A DNA stretch of 64,000 bases from Armatimonadota bacterium (lineage in GTDB: Bacteria; Armatimonadota; UBA5829; DTLH01). Position 1 is the first letter of the stretch; the number at the start of each line of letters is the position of its first letter. The position numbers were made by a program, and so were the translations under genes. The notes below the pieces were generated by a model. That model was not told where the DNA came from. It did not search any database and saw only the letters and a program-made list of their open reading frames with translations. Where the stretch lies: the NCBI GenBank assembly GCA_038207085.1, contig JBBRAE010000008.1:1-64000 (forward strand), written 5' to 3'. Below, piece by piece: positions 1 through 10,496 of this stretch.

Positions 1-271
1 GGTTATACAGGCCAACTCTGCCGCGACTGAAGAGATGTCTGCTGCAAGTGAAGAGCTATCAGAACAGGCAGAACAGCTGCTTGATACGGCTTCGTTCTTC
101 AAGCTGAAAGACGATATGACCACAAGGTCGAATGCAAGAAAGACGAGCAAGAAAACGGCTGCGCGCAGGTCGGCAACACCAAAACCCGCGCCAGCTCGGA
201 ACACTGGTGTAGCGCTGTCGCTTGACGCTCCAAGTGAGGTCAACGACAACGACTTTGAAAGGGCTGCTTAG
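1..271 (+). CDS. Methyl-accepting chemotaxis protein, C-terminal part (5' truncated by window edge)
   Basis: Frame is open from position 2 ([26 protein letters not shown]..), the MCP signalling-domain end; nt 1-129 are identical to the downstream MCP. Confidence 0.92.
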   Translation, partial: VIQANSAATEEMSAASEELSEQAEQLLDTASFFKLKDDMTTRSNARKTSKKTAARRSATPKPAPARNTGVALSLDAPSEVNDNDFERAA

Positions 272-313
272 TTTGCGGCTCATTTCAAGTAATACGAAAG
301 GAGAACCAGTCCG

Positions 314-2269
314 ATGAAGATGGACTCGATTCGACTTAAACCAAGGCTCGTTGGAGCATTTCTGATCGTCGCGTTGATAGCGGGGCTGATAGGATGGAAG
401 GGAATCTCCGGGATGGGGCAGGTGATGGAAAGCGGGGTTGAGATCGGCACCAACCGACTCCCCAGCATTGCGTCAATGCTGTCCATCAAAGAGGCCCAGA
501 TGGATATCGACAGCGCTGAAAACGCTCTGCTATGCACCGCGATCAACGGCGCTTCGAGGCAAGAGCTCTATGGACGTATGGAAAAGGCCTTGAAGCGTGC
601 AGATGACGCCTGGAAGGTCTACGAACCACTCCCGCAGATCGTGGAAGAGAAGAAGGTCTGGGACCAGTTCGTTCCTGCCTGGAATGCATGGGTCAAGGAT
701 CACAACGACTACGTCAGCCTGGCAAAGGCTTACGGAGCCGCTCCGTCCGCCGCTGCATACAAGGCTATGACCCGGCAGGCGCTTGTCACAAACGCGGTTT
801 CCCTTACTGCAAGTGAAGGGCTCCTTAAGAAGCTCGTAGCGATCAACGACCAGATCGCGGGCGAGGCAGTCAAACAGGGTGGTCGCACCTACGCATCGTC
901 CAGATCAATGATGATCATATTCATGGCCATCGGCGTGTTGATTGCACTTGGATTAGGGTTATTTATCTCGACAAGTGTTGCTAACCCAGTGAAAGCGATG
1001 GCTGAAGTGGCCAACAAGCTCGCGCAGGGGGACGTTGACATTACACTGAACACGGCTGGGGGCGATGAGGTCAGTGACCTCGCCCGTGCAATGTCCAAGA
1101 TGACTGAGTCGATCAAGATGATCGTAGCCGAAACCGCGAGGCTTACCAAGGCTGCCGCTGATGGAGAGTTGAGCGTGCGGGGCGAGACGACTCAGTTCAA
1201 GGGTGCATATCGAGAGATCGTAGCCGGGTTGAACGGAGCGTTTGACTCGATCATCACGCCGCTCAAATCTACGGCAGGATACGTCGACCTGATATCAAAG
1301 GGAGATCTGCCAGACAAGATCGCGACCGAATGGAAAGGCGACTTCGGCGAGATCAAGGGCAATCTGAACCAAATGATCGACAACCTCACCCGTTTTGCAA
1401 CCGATGTCCAGGCTGCGGCCAACATGGTCGCAACCGGGTCTGAGCAGGTGAACTCTACCGCTCAGTCTCTTGCTCAAGGCTCAACGGAGCAGGCGTCAAG
1501 CATAGAAGAGGTATCTTCTTCTATGGAAGAGATGAACTCAACGGTCAAGCAGAACGCCGACAACGCCCAGCAGACCACAGGTATTGCAGTAAAGAGTGCA
1601 ACTGACGGTCAAGAGGGCGGCAAAGCCGTAGCTGCGACAGTTGAGGCAATGAAGAGCATCGCCGACAAGATCGGGATCATCGAAGAGATTGCACGGCAGA
1701 CTAATATGCTCGCTCTTAACGCTGCAATTGAAGCCGCCAGAGCAGGAGAGCATGGCAAGGGCTTTGCAGTGGTCGCCGCTGAAGTCAGAAAGCTTGCGGA
1801 GCGCAGCCAGTCTGCTGCTAAAGAGATCAGTGAGGTCTCTACTTCAAGTGTGGAGATCGCAGAGAGTGCAGGCAAGATCCTTCAGGAGATAGTCCCTGGG
1901 ATACAGAAGACCGCGGAGCTCGTGCAGGAGATCAATGCATCAAGCAATGAGCAGTCTACCGGGATCGATCAGGTGACCAAAGCCATCTATCAGCTAGATC
2001 AGGTTATACAGGCCAACTCTGCCGCGACTGAAGAGATGTCTGCTGCAAGTGAAGAGCTATCAGAACAGGCAGAACAGCTGCTTGATACGGCTTCGTTCTT
2101 CAAGCTGAAAGACGATATGACCACAAGGTCTGTGATAAAGAAGGCCAAAAGGACCTCCCCGAAACCGGCATCAAGGCCTGTCCGGGAGGAACCGAAGAAG
2201 ACCAGGGGTATCAACCTCTCACTCGGTAACGACGACGTCGACGATTCCGATTTCGAGCGGGCCGCCTGA
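314..2269 (+). CDS. Methyl-accepting chemotaxis protein (4HB sensor, HAMP, signalling domain)
   Basis: Two TM segments flank a periplasmic helical domain; hairpin signature [40 protein letters not shown]. Confidence 0.97.
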   Translation: MKMDSIRLKPRLVGAFLIVALIAGLIGWKGISGMGQVMESGVEIGTNRLPSIASMLSIKEAQMDIDSAENALLCTAINGASRQELYGRMEKALKRADDAWKVYEPLPQIVEEKKVWDQFVPAWNAWVKDHNDYVSLAKAYGAAPSAAAYKAMTRQALVTNAVSLTASEGLLKKLVAINDQIAGEAVKQGGRTYASSRSMMIIFMAIGVLIALGLGLFISTSVANPVKAMAEVANKLAQGDVDITLNTAGGDEVSDLARAMSKMTESIKMIVAETARLTKAAADGELSVRGETTQFKGAYREIVAGLNGAFDSIITPLKSTAGYVDLISKGDLPDKIATEWKGDFGEIKGNLNQMIDNLTRFATDVQAAANMVATGSEQVNSTAQSLAQGSTEQASSIEEVSSSMEEMNSTVKQNADNAQQTTGIAVKSATDGQEGGKAVAATVEAMKSIADKIGIIEEIARQTNMLALNAAIEAARAGEHGKGFAVVAAEVRKLAERSQSAAKEISEVSTSSVEIAESAGKILQEIVPGIQKTAELVQEINASSNEQSTGIDQVTKAIYQLDQVIQANSAATEEMSAASEELSEQAEQLLDTASFFKLKDDMTTRSVIKKAKRTSPKPASRPVREEPKKTRGINLSLGNDDVDDSDFERAA

Positions 2270-2287
2270 GAATATTAGGAGAAGAAT

Positions 2288-2800
2288 ATGGATCCAGTTA
2301 CAGTTGATTCCAACCAGTATCTCACACTGACGCTTGGGCTCGAGCATTTCGCGATCGAGATTCCCAAGGTCCGCGAGGTGCTCGATTATACAAACATCAC
2401 TAAGGTCCCGCGAACGCCGGACTTTATGCGCGGGGTGATCAACCTCAGAGGCAACGTCGTCCCGGTGGTCGACCTGCGACTAAGCCTCGGGATGAGCGCG
2501 ATCGAGAAGACTGTCGACACCTGCATCGTGATCGTGGAGGTCAGGATCGACACCGAGGTGCTGGCGGTGGGGATGCTTGCTGACTCGGTTCAGGAAGTCA
2601 TCGAGATCGACCCGGCACAGGTCGAGCCCGCGCCCAAGCTCGGAACCAAGCTCAATACCGACTTTATATCCGGTATGGGCAAGCGCGATGAGGACTTTGT
2701 CATGATACTCGATATCGACAAGGTGCTCTCGGGCGAGGACCTCGCCACAGTGCGCTCAGGCGCGATCGATGAAGAGTCAGAGGTTGCCGTTGCGGCCTAA
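2288..2800 (+). CDS. cheW: Chemotaxis coupling protein CheW
   Basis: VPRTPDFMRGVINLRGNVVPVVDLR motif; operon context; AGGAG RBS. Confidence 0.96.
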   Translation: MDPVTVDSNQYLTLTLGLEHFAIEIPKVREVLDYTNITKVPRTPDFMRGVINLRGNVVPVVDLRLSLGMSAIEKTVDTCIVIVEVRIDTEVLAVGMLADSVQEVIEIDPAQVEPAPKLGTKLNTDFISGMGKRDEDFVMILDIDKVLSGEDLATVRSGAIDEESEVAVAA

Positions 2801-2869
2801 TAGGTAAGCAATGCGCGGGCGGAGAACGTGGGGACTCCGCCCGCATGTTTTGGTGATTATGGAGCGGGG

Positions 2870-3742
2870 ATGATCGAACAATCAGTATCAAAACCTACAT
2901 ATTCGCTGCCGGTTCCAATGTCGGATCGGGAGTTTCAGGGGTTTGCGCAGCTTGTTTACAGCGAGTGCGGGATTTCTCTGAACAGCGCCAAGAAGAGCAT
3001 GGTCACAACCAGGCTTACCAAGCGGCTGCGGGCTCTTGAGATAGAGAAATTCGGGGAGTACTACGACTTTGTGATGTCTCCCAAAGGCCGGAAGGACGAG
3101 CTTACGTCGATGATCGATGTCATCACCACAAACACGACGGAGTTCTTCAGGGAGCGCAAACACTTCTCTTATCTGACATCCGAAGCGCTGCCGAGGATGC
3201 TTGGTGCAAAGCGAGGGGTCGACAAACGACTGAAGTTCTGGAGCGCGGGGTGCTCGACAGGCGAGGAGCCTCACACGCTTGCGATGGTGCTTTCGGACTT
3301 CTTTTCAGACAACTGCGCCGCGTTTTGTATATACGCAACAGATATTTCAACCCGCGTGCTCGCCCATGCCAATAGAGCTGTCTATGAAACAGAGGCGATT
3401 GAGCCCGTGCCTGTGCACATGAAGCGCAAGTATGTGATGTGCGGGACCGGGGAACAGTCGGGACGGTGCAGGATCGTGCCTGAGCTGCGGAACACCATCA
3501 CTTACGCAAAGCTGAACCTGATGGACGACTCCTACAATGTGCCGGCACTGATGGACGTGATCTTCTGTCGGAACGTGATAATCTACTTCGACCAGCAGAC
3601 CAAGATCGATATCATAGGCAAGCTCTATGACAATCTTGTGCCGGGCGGATACTACTTTGCCGGGCACTCCGAAACACTAAATGGGATAAACGACGATTTT
3701 GAGCTTATCGCGCCGACCGTTTACCGCAAGCCGGTAAGATGA
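2870..3742 (+). CDS. cheR: Chemotaxis methyltransferase CheR
   Basis: [33 protein letters not shown] and GHSE motifs. In-frame ATG 2870 after GGAG preferred over GTG 2828. Confidence 0.95.
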   Translation: MIEQSVSKPTYSLPVPMSDREFQGFAQLVYSECGISLNSAKKSMVTTRLTKRLRALEIEKFGEYYDFVMSPKGRKDELTSMIDVITTNTTEFFRERKHFSYLTSEALPRMLGAKRGVDKRLKFWSAGCSTGEEPHTLAMVLSDFFSDNCAAFCIYATDISTRVLAHANRAVYETEAIEPVPVHMKRKYVMCGTGEQSGRCRIVPELRNTITYAKLNLMDDSYNVPALMDVIFCRNVIIYFDQQTKIDIIGKLYDNLVPGGYYFAGHSETLNGINDDFELIAPTVYRKPVR

Positions 3743-3743
3743 T

Positions 3744-4877
3744 ATGGGAGCAGGCGAGGAAAGAACTATGCGCAGAAAAGTAAGCGTTTTGATAGTGGAT
3801 GACTCGGCAGTCGTTCGCCAGACACTGACTGACATTCTGGAGTCAGACCCGGATATCGAGGTCATAGCGACTGCGGCGGACCCCTACGTTGCCGCGAGCA
3901 AGATCGCTCAGCGGGTGCCGGACGTGATCACACTCGACGTGGAGATGCCGAGGATGGACGGACTCACGTTCCTTCACAAGATCATGAGCCAGCACCCGAT
4001 ACCCGTCGTCATGTGCTCGAGCCTCACCGAAAAAGGCTGCGAAACCACGTTGAAGGCGCTTGAATACGGCGCGGTGGATATCATCACCAAACCCAAAATC
4101 GGAGTCAAGGGGTTTCTTGAAGAGTCGAGCATCGTGCTCTGCGACGCGGTCAAGGCTGCGGCGCGCGCGAGGATGAAGCGGGTCTCGCCTACGTCCGCAA
4201 AGCCGGTCGAGCAGAAACTGACCGCCGATGTGGTGCTCGAAAAGCCTACGCTGAACTCGTTTATGCAGACGACGGAGAAGGTGATCGTGATTGGGGCGTC
4301 GACCGGCGGCACCGAGGCGCTTCGGGCGCTGCTCAGGCCGCTACCCGCGGACGCGCCCGGGATCGTCGTCGTCCAGCACATGCCCGAGAAGTTCACAAGC
4401 TCCTTTGCCGAACACTTGAACACGATTACAAGCATGAACGTGCGCGAAGCCCGCGACAACGACGCGGTCATCCGCGGACGGGTCCTGATCGCACCGGGAA
4501 ACAAGCATATGCTCCTCAAGCGAAGCGGCGCGCGGTACTACGTCGAAATCAAGGACGGCCCGCTTGTTTGCAGGCATCGGCCATCGGTCGACGTGCTATT
4601 CCGCTCTGCCGCAAGGTACGCGGGGAAGAACGCGGTCGGCATAATTATGACGGGTATGGGGGACGACGGCGCGCGTGGGATGCTTGAGATGAAGCAGGCC
4701 GGGGCGCTCACTATAGCCCAGGACGAGGCCTCATGCGTGGTATTTGGGATGCCCAAGGAGGCCATCGCGCTTGGCGGGGCCAGTCGGACGATTCCGCTCG
4801 ACCGTATCCCCGATGAGATAGTGCGCGCCGGAGCCTACGAAGGTGTCAGTTCATCCTGCCACAGATTAGCCGGCTAA
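3744..4877 (+). CDS. cheB: Chemotaxis methylesterase/response regulator CheB
   Basis: Receiver domain (VDDS, TLDVEMP) plus GASTGG, VQHMP, HRPSVD and TGMGDDGA motifs. Start may be ATG 3768. Confidence 0.96.
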   Translation: MGAGEERTMRRKVSVLIVDDSAVVRQTLTDILESDPDIEVIATAADPYVAASKIAQRVPDVITLDVEMPRMDGLTFLHKIMSQHPIPVVMCSSLTEKGCETTLKALEYGAVDIITKPKIGVKGFLEESSIVLCDAVKAAARARMKRVSPTSAKPVEQKLTADVVLEKPTLNSFMQTTEKVIVIGASTGGTEALRALLRPLPADAPGIVVVQHMPEKFTSSFAEHLNTITSMNVREARDNDAVIRGRVLIAPGNKHMLLKRSGARYYVEIKDGPLVCRHRPSVDVLFRSAARYAGKNAVGIIMTGMGDDGARGMLEMKQAGALTIAQDEASCVVFGMPKEAIALGGASRTIPLDRIPDEIVRAGAYEGVSSSCHRLAG

Positions 4878-5952
4878 TACTGCGCTTTACAGATTCGAGG
4901 CCCCCAAGCCGTCGCACGCCTTTGGGAAGCGATCGCCAAAGGGCCATTGTCTTGTAAGTGGCGGCAAATCGGGCAGAGACGACGAGGTTCGCCGCGTCGG
5001 ATATCGAAAAGCTGTGTGGGATAGTCTCCTCAAGCACCCCTTGGTATACTCCGACGAGGTGTGAGACAGCGTGTTCCAGCCCGGCTGTAGACCTGATCAG
5101 TTCGCACACTGCGCGCGCGTCTTCGGGGTTGTACTGACTGATACGTTCGATCAGAATATCGGCTGAGTGCGGCGCAGTGAGTGCAGCATAGCCAAAGTTT
5201 AACGGTTTAAGTTGAACAAAGTTATCTCTCGTCACGACCGGGCCGACGCCTCCGTAGTCGCAGAGCACCACCGCGCAGCCGACGGCCATCGCTTCCATCG
5301 CAGCCTTTGCCTTGGCGAAGACTATGTCATATTCGCCGAGTATCTGCTCGGGGTTTTCGATCTGCCTGCCTACCCCTTTGCCTACTACCGAGAGTTCTAC
5401 TCCCATACGATCGCACGCTTCGGTTACTGCCGGGAGGAAGCCGTTATCGGTCGCATAGTTGCTGAAGACGAGCGCCCTTTGGGGCTTTTGGGGGAGCTCG
5501 CGGCGAGGGGTGAAACGGGCGAGGTCTACGAAATTGTACACCTGACCTATCTTCTCATCGTCGATTCCGGTGCGCCTGATTCGCTCCACGCAAAGCTCAC
5601 TTACTCCGAAGTAGTTCTGAATATGGGAGTGGCGGGGTGGGGTGTCGGCCCAGTGGGTGTGATCGTGGCAGATGTAGATCGCAGGCGTGCCGGGGAATCG
5701 CTTGATCGCTGAAAGCGTCTCATACCTGTGGTGGCCGTGGATGACGTCGGGGCGCATATTGAGCTTTCGAAGCGAATCCGTGACTTCAATGCCGAGGGCG
5801 CGGAGGTCGTCGGCTGGCTTTCCTAGCCAGGGGGAATACACCGCCGGTGTGTGGCCCTGCCGGGCGAGCTCAAGCGCGACATCCCGCACGTAAATCTCGG
5901 TGCCGGTGTACGTAGTGAGTGTGAAGTTGGTCAACAGAATGTTCAAAGACAC
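4846..5952 (-). CDS. Glycosyltransferase, GT-B fold (GT4-like)
   Basis: [25 protein letters not shown]-terminus and [12 protein letters not shown] motif. Start uncertain (GTG 5952; ORF track extends to 6006). Confidence 0.8.
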   Translation of the reverse strand: MSLNILLTNFTLTTYTGTEIYVRDVALELARQGHTPAVYSPWLGKPADDLRALGIEVTDSLRKLNMRPDVIHGHHRYETLSAIKRFPGTPAIYICHDHTHWADTPPRHSHIQNYFGVSELCVERIRRTGIDDEKIGQVYNFVDLARFTPRRELPQKPQRALVFSNYATDNGFLPAVTEACDRMGVELSVVGKGVGRQIENPEQILGEYDIVFAKAKAAMEAMAVGCAVVLCDYGGVGPVVTRDNFVQLKPLNFGYAALTAPHSADILIERISQYNPEDARAVCELIRSTAGLEHAVSHLVGVYQGVLEETIPHSFSISDAANLVVSARFAATYKTMALWRSLPKGVRRLGGLESVKRSISRLICGRMN

Positions 5953-5971
5953 TGTGGCTTTCGGTGAAAAA

Positions 5972-6019
5972 GGCCCGGATTGCAAATCCGGGCCAACATT
6001 ACGCAAATCCGGGCCAACA
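5972..6019. repeat. 10-bp perfect hairpin with a 17-nt tandem duplication (period 21)
   Basis: GGCCCGGATT-GCA-AATCCGGGCC; GCAAATCCGGGCCAACA occurs at 5982-5998 and 6003-6019. Confidence 0.8.
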
Positions 6020-6886
6020 CTACAGACATGCCTTGATCGGCTCAGCCTCTGTGTTCACACGGCGGTCGAGCCCGATGATCTTTCGGGCTTCGGCTGGTGT
6101 CGCAGGCTCCCGGCCCATCTCGCGGGCGATGCGTGCGATGCGGGATACGAGTTCGGTGTTGTCGGCAAGGCGCGTCCTCGCTCGGTCGTAGTAGATGCAG
6201 TCCTCTAGCCCGACCCGCACGTGCCCACCGGACGCAATCGCCATGACGTTTGCGTCGAGTTGGTAGCTCCCAAGCCCGCCGACAGACCAAGTCGCGCCTT
6301 TCGGGAGCATCCCGACCATGTGCCCGAGGCCGACGAGGTCGAGCGGTGCCGCGCCGAGTGACCCGAGTAGAATATTATAGTAATACGGTGGTCGAAGCGC
6401 CTCTTTTCGGATCAGATAATTGGTGTAGTTGATGAACCCCGCCTCGAAAATCTCAAGCTCGGCGACCGCCCCTGAGGCGTAGATGCGCTCTGCGAGAGCT
6501 CGGATGGTCTCGGGGGAGTTCACGCTTGGCTGGGTCGCGAAGTTCATCGAGCCGGTGGTCAAGCTCGCCATATCGGGGCGAGAGATGAGCGGCTCAGCTC
6601 GATCTTCGACGCTTGGTATGTGGCGGCCGCTCAGCGACACGCAGGCGATGATGTCTCCGCAGGCCTCGCGCACCCGGCTTACGATTTCAGTGTAAATCTC
6701 TCCGCTGCATGACGGTGAACCGTCGGCTTCGCGGGCGTGAAGGTGAATGATCGAGGCCCCCGCGTCCTGAACTCGCCTCGCGCAGTCGACGATCTCCGGA
6801 ATCGCGATCGGCAGGTGCGGCGTGTCCGACTTGTGGAGCACGCACCCCGTGATCGCTGCGTTGATTATGAGCTTGTCCGTGAGCAT
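6020..6886 (-). CDS. Beta-keto acid cleavage enzyme (BKACE/DUF849, Kce family)
   Basis: IINAAITG, GASIIHLHAR (Zn HxH), DMASLTTGSMNF and GGHVRVGLED motifs. Confidence 0.92.
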   Translation of the reverse strand: MLTDKLIINAAITGCVLHKSDTPHLPIAIPEIVDCARRVQDAGASIIHLHAREADGSPSCSGEIYTEIVSRVREACGDIIACVSLSGRHIPSVEDRAEPLISRPDMASLTTGSMNFATQPSVNSPETIRALAERIYASGAVAELEIFEAGFINYTNYLIRKEALRPPYYYNILLGSLGAAPLDLVGLGHMVGMLPKGATWSVGGLGSYQLDANVMAIASGGHVRVGLEDCIYYDRARTRLADNTELVSRIARIAREMGREPATPAEARKIIGLDRRVNTEAEPIKACL

Positions 6887-7380
6887 TAGAGTCTCTCCTC
6901 GGGAGGGACAGTTCCGACGACTTTTGCGGGGTTGCCGAAGACTATCGCGTTGTCGGGAACGTCCTTGGTGACGACCGCACCCGAGCCGACGAGCGCGTTT
7001 TCACCGATCGTCACCCCGGGCATCAGCACCGCGCCACCCCCGATTCGTGCAGCGCGAAGTATTCTCGGCGAGCTGCGCTCGAAAGTGAGGTTAGCGCGCC
7101 GATAGACCATCTTCTTGTCGTTCATCGTGACGATCCTCGGGCCGCAGAAGACTTCGTCCTCGATTATGACCCCGCGGGTGATGTAGCAGCCGCTCTGGAG
7201 CGAGACGAAATCGCCGACGGTTACCTCGCCCTCGATATCGACAAACGAGCCGATGGTGCATCCCTGCCCGATCCTGGTTGCGGCACGAATGAAGACGTAG
7301 TTTCCGATGCGGGTGCGCTCCCCAGCGGTGACATCGGGGTCGATGAGGCAGTGCTCACCGAGAACAATTAATTCCAGCAT
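6886..7380 (-). CDS. Hexapeptide-repeat (left-handed beta-helix) sugar N/O-acyltransferase
   Basis: Hexapeptide repeats, [34 protein letters not shown] (WbpD/WxcM-like). Confidence 0.88.
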   Translation of the reverse strand: MLELIVLGEHCLIDPDVTAGERTRIGNYVFIRAATRIGQGCTIGSFVDIEGEVTVGDFVSLQSGCYITRGVIIEDEVFCGPRIVTMNDKKMVYRRANLTFERSSPRILRAARIGGGAVLMPGVTIGENALVGSGAVVTKDVPDNAIVFGNPAKVVGTVPPEERL

Positions 7381-7418
7381 TTATACTTCAGCGCTCCTAT
7401 TTAGTCGCCTCGACGGCG

Positions 7419-8765
7419 CTATCCGCGCCGTCTCTTAAAGGCTGGCGCGTAGCGCCACCGGCTGATGGCTGTCGTCGCGATGCCGATTCTTTTCCAGACA
7501 AAGCACGCCAGGACTATGTTCCAGACTGTAAGGCTTGTTGCTGTCGCGATTGCCGCGCCGACTGCTCCGAACCTGGGAATCAGAACGGCGGAGAGTGCGA
7601 CGTTTGCCAGCACTCCGATTCCGACCCCGAGCGCCGCGTCGCGTCCGTGTCCGGTCATTACAAGCAGGTTGCCGACCGAGCCGATGGCGGCGTTTATGAG
7701 CTGGCCCGCGCAGAGCAAAGCAAGCGGCAGGTGTCCGGCGGTGAACTCTCTTCCGAAAAGTAGCAGGAACCACTTGCCTCCAACTATCAATGTGACAGCG
7801 ACCACAGCCGACCCGGCCGTCATCAGCCTGGCGCTTCGGGTCACGAGCTCTTGGAGTCCTGCAAGTTTGCCAGCTTGGTATAGATTAGCGAAAGTTGGCG
7901 CAAGCGTCAAGTTTACGGCGGCAAGAGGGAGCGCGACGATCTGCGCGAGCCGGTCGGCGGCGGTGTAGAGGCCGAGCGCGGAGGTCCCCGACCACGTGCC
8001 AAGCGCGAGTGAGCTGATCTGGTTGTTCAACACCCCGAGCACTCCGAGAAATAGCAGTGGGGAGGCGTCCACAAGCCAACGGCGTGACTCGTAGGCCCTG
8101 CCCGAGCCTCGGGGGACTTCGCAGACAAGCGCTCTGCGCAGTTGTAGTGCCAGGAACACACAGGCGACTGCGGTGGCACATGCGTATATGCCAACTGCGG
8201 ACGGAGCGTCGAGTTTTCGACCGTAAACCGTCCCGAGCGCGATCACCAACACGCACACCACTGCGGGAATGATCAGCGACTCGCCAGCCTGTCCGATGAC
8301 TACCCAGTGAAGTCCTCTGAGCGACGCGCCAAGGGCACGCATGGTGACTGTCAGGATAAGAAAAACCCCCGCCGGAAGCAGGATTGGGGCAAGGTCGATG
8401 CCTGAAGAGGGCTTGATCCCTCGAAGCGCGAGGTTCGCCACGAGCGCTATTGCCGCCGGTATTGCAAACGTAACGATGCGCGACCATCTGATGAGCCCGA
8501 GCAGTTTGGGCCAGTCCGTCCTCATGCGGTAGTTGGCGATGTCGCGCACGAGCATCGATTCGAGGCCGAAGAGCCCAACGACGCAGAGCACTCCTACCCA
8601 GGTGACCGTGTAGGCGAACGCGCCATACTCGCTCACTCCGAGGTTTCGTGCGAGCAGGATGTTTGTAAGGGCAGCGATCGCGTTGCCGCTCACAGTCACC
8701 CCGGCCGTCCCCGCGACTGCTCGCAGAAACGGTGGCCCTGCGGGTTTCGGTGTGGCTCTCGGCAA
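7419..8765 (-). CDS. Polysaccharide flippase (Wzx/MATE-like)
   Basis: About 12 hydrophobic segments; LARNLGVSEYGAF, GLYTAADRL and LIPRFGAVGAAIAT motifs. Confidence 0.88.
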   Translation of the reverse strand: MPRATPKPAGPPFLRAVAGTAGVTVSGNAIAALTNILLARNLGVSEYGAFAYTVTWVGVLCVVGLFGLESMLVRDIANYRMRTDWPKLLGLIRWSRIVTFAIPAAIALVANLALRGIKPSSGIDLAPILLPAGVFLILTVTMRALGASLRGLHWVVIGQAGESLIIPAVVCVLVIALGTVYGRKLDAPSAVGIYACATAVACVFLALQLRRALVCEVPRGSGRAYESRRWLVDASPLLFLGVLGVLNNQISSLALGTWSGTSALGLYTAADRLAQIVALPLAAVNLTLAPTFANLYQAGKLAGLQELVTRSARLMTAGSAVVAVTLIVGGKWFLLLFGREFTAGHLPLALLCAGQLINAAIGSVGNLLVMTGHGRDAALGVGIGVLANVALSAVLIPRFGAVGAAIATATSLTVWNIVLACFVWKRIGIATTAISRWRYAPAFKRRRG

Positions 8766-8997
8766 TAGCTGGTCCTTTCGCGATCTTTATATACCTTTAT
8801 ACTACCCCCGGGGGGTGAACGTCAAGTCGAGTATAAAAGGCTGGCAGCCTGCAGGCTGTCAACACGCAATCAGAGGTGCTTTAGAACCGGAGTGCGACTA
8901 TTGCGGCGTCGTCTTGTCGAACGCCCAGGGCGGCAAGCTCGCATGAGAGTTTACTCAGAGTTGCCGGCCAGTGTCGATGCTTTGCCCCAATTGGAGA

Positions 8998-10485
8998 CTA
9001 CTCGGTGAGTTCGGTCGAGCCCATCAGGTAGGTGTCACATGCTCGCGCCGCGCCTCGGCCTTCGTTGATCGCCCAAACGACGAGACTCTGTCCGCGCCTT
9101 GCGTCACCTGCGGCGAATATGCCGGGCTGGCTCGTCTCATACTTGCCGTAGTCGGCCTTGATGTTTGACCTGGGGTCGCGATCAAGCCCGAGCGCATCGA
9201 CGAGTGTGTCGTCCGGGCCAAGGAAGCCTAGCGCAAGGAGGACGAGGTCGGCTTCGATTACTTCCTCGGCGCCGGGAATCTCGACGGGTGCGAAGCGTCC
9301 GTTTTCTTTCTTCCACTCGATCTTTGCGGTGTGAAGCTCTTTCACGCGCCCTATTTCGTCGGCGACGAACTTCTTGGTCGACACGCAGTAGTCGCGCGGG
9401 TCAGCCCCGTAGAGCTCGGCTGACTCCTCCTGGCCGTAGTCGACTTTGAGGAACTTCGGCCACTCCGGCCAGGGGTTGTCGCTTGTGCGTTCTGCGGCGG
9501 GCTCAGGTAGAATCTCAAGCTGGACGACGCTTTCGCAGCCGTGCCGAAGCGAAGTCGCAACGCAGTCGGTGCCCGTGTCGCCACCGCCGATTACAACCAC
9601 TTTCTTGCCCTTGGCCGAGATATACGCGCCGTCGCTGTGACCCGAATCAAGCAGGCTTTTGGTGTTCGCGTGCAGGAACTCCATCGCAAAGTGAACCCCA
9701 GTGCTTTCGCGCCCATCAATCGAGAGATCGCGTGGCTTGGTTGCGCCACATGCTAGAACTATCGCGTCAAAATCGGTTTTTAGCTGCTCTACCGGGTAGT
9801 TATTGCCGACTTCAATGCCTGTTTTGAACTCGACGCCTTCGGCCTGCATTAGCCCAATTCGCCGCAGGACGACTTGCTGCTTGTCTAACTTCATGTTGGG
9901 AATCCCATACATAAGTAGACCGCCGGGACGGTCGGCTCGCTCGAACACTGTTACGGAATGGCCCGCTTTGTTTAACTGATCCGCACATGCAAGGCCTGCG
10001 GGGCCGGAGCCTACTACGGCGACCTTTTTGCCGGTGCGGACTGCGGGAGGGTTCGGCTTGACCCAACCCTCGTCGTAGGCGTGGTCGATGATCGAGCACT
10101 CGATGTTCTTGATCGTAACCGCCGGGCGCTTGCTCCCGAGCACGCATGAACCTTCACACGGCGCGGGGCAGACGCGGCCCGTAAACTCGGGGAAGTTGTT
10201 GGTCGCGTGCAGCCGCTCGATTGCCTGACGCCAGAGGCCGCGGTAGACGAGGTCGTTCCATTCGGGTATAAGATTGTGGATCGGGCAGCCGCAGGCCATC
10301 CCCTGAAGCAAAACGCCGGTGTGGCAGAACGGGATGCCGCAGTCCATGCAGCGCGCGCCCTGGTTTCTTAGCGCCGACTCCTCCATATGCTCGTGGAACT
10401 CGTTCCAGTCGCCGACTCGCTCGCCTGCGGGCCGGTCACAGGGTAGTTCACGCTTGTATATCATAAATCCTCGTGGATTTCCCAT
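8998..10485 (-). CDS. gltD: Glutamate synthase small subunit
   Basis: [36 protein letters not shown] and [14 protein letters not shown] motifs. Confidence 0.98.
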   Translation of the reverse strand: MGNPRGFMIYKRELPCDRPAGERVGDWNEFHEHMEESALRNQGARCMDCGIPFCHTGVLLQGMACGCPIHNLIPEWNDLVYRGLWRQAIERLHATNNFPEFTGRVCPAPCEGSCVLGSKRPAVTIKNIECSIIDHAYDEGWVKPNPPAVRTGKKVAVVGSGPAGLACADQLNKAGHSVTVFERADRPGGLLMYGIPNMKLDKQQVVLRRIGLMQAEGVEFKTGIEVGNNYPVEQLKTDFDAIVLACGATKPRDLSIDGRESTGVHFAMEFLHANTKSLLDSGHSDGAYISAKGKKVVVIGGGDTGTDCVATSLRHGCESVVQLEILPEPAAERTSDNPWPEWPKFLKVDYGQEESAELYGADPRDYCVSTKKFVADEIGRVKELHTAKIEWKKENGRFAPVEIPGAEEVIEADLVLLALGFLGPDDTLVDALGLDRDPRSNIKADYGKYETSQPGIFAAGDARRGQSLVVWAINEGRGAARACDTYLMGSTELTE

Positions 10486-10496
10486 TTGTTTGCTCC

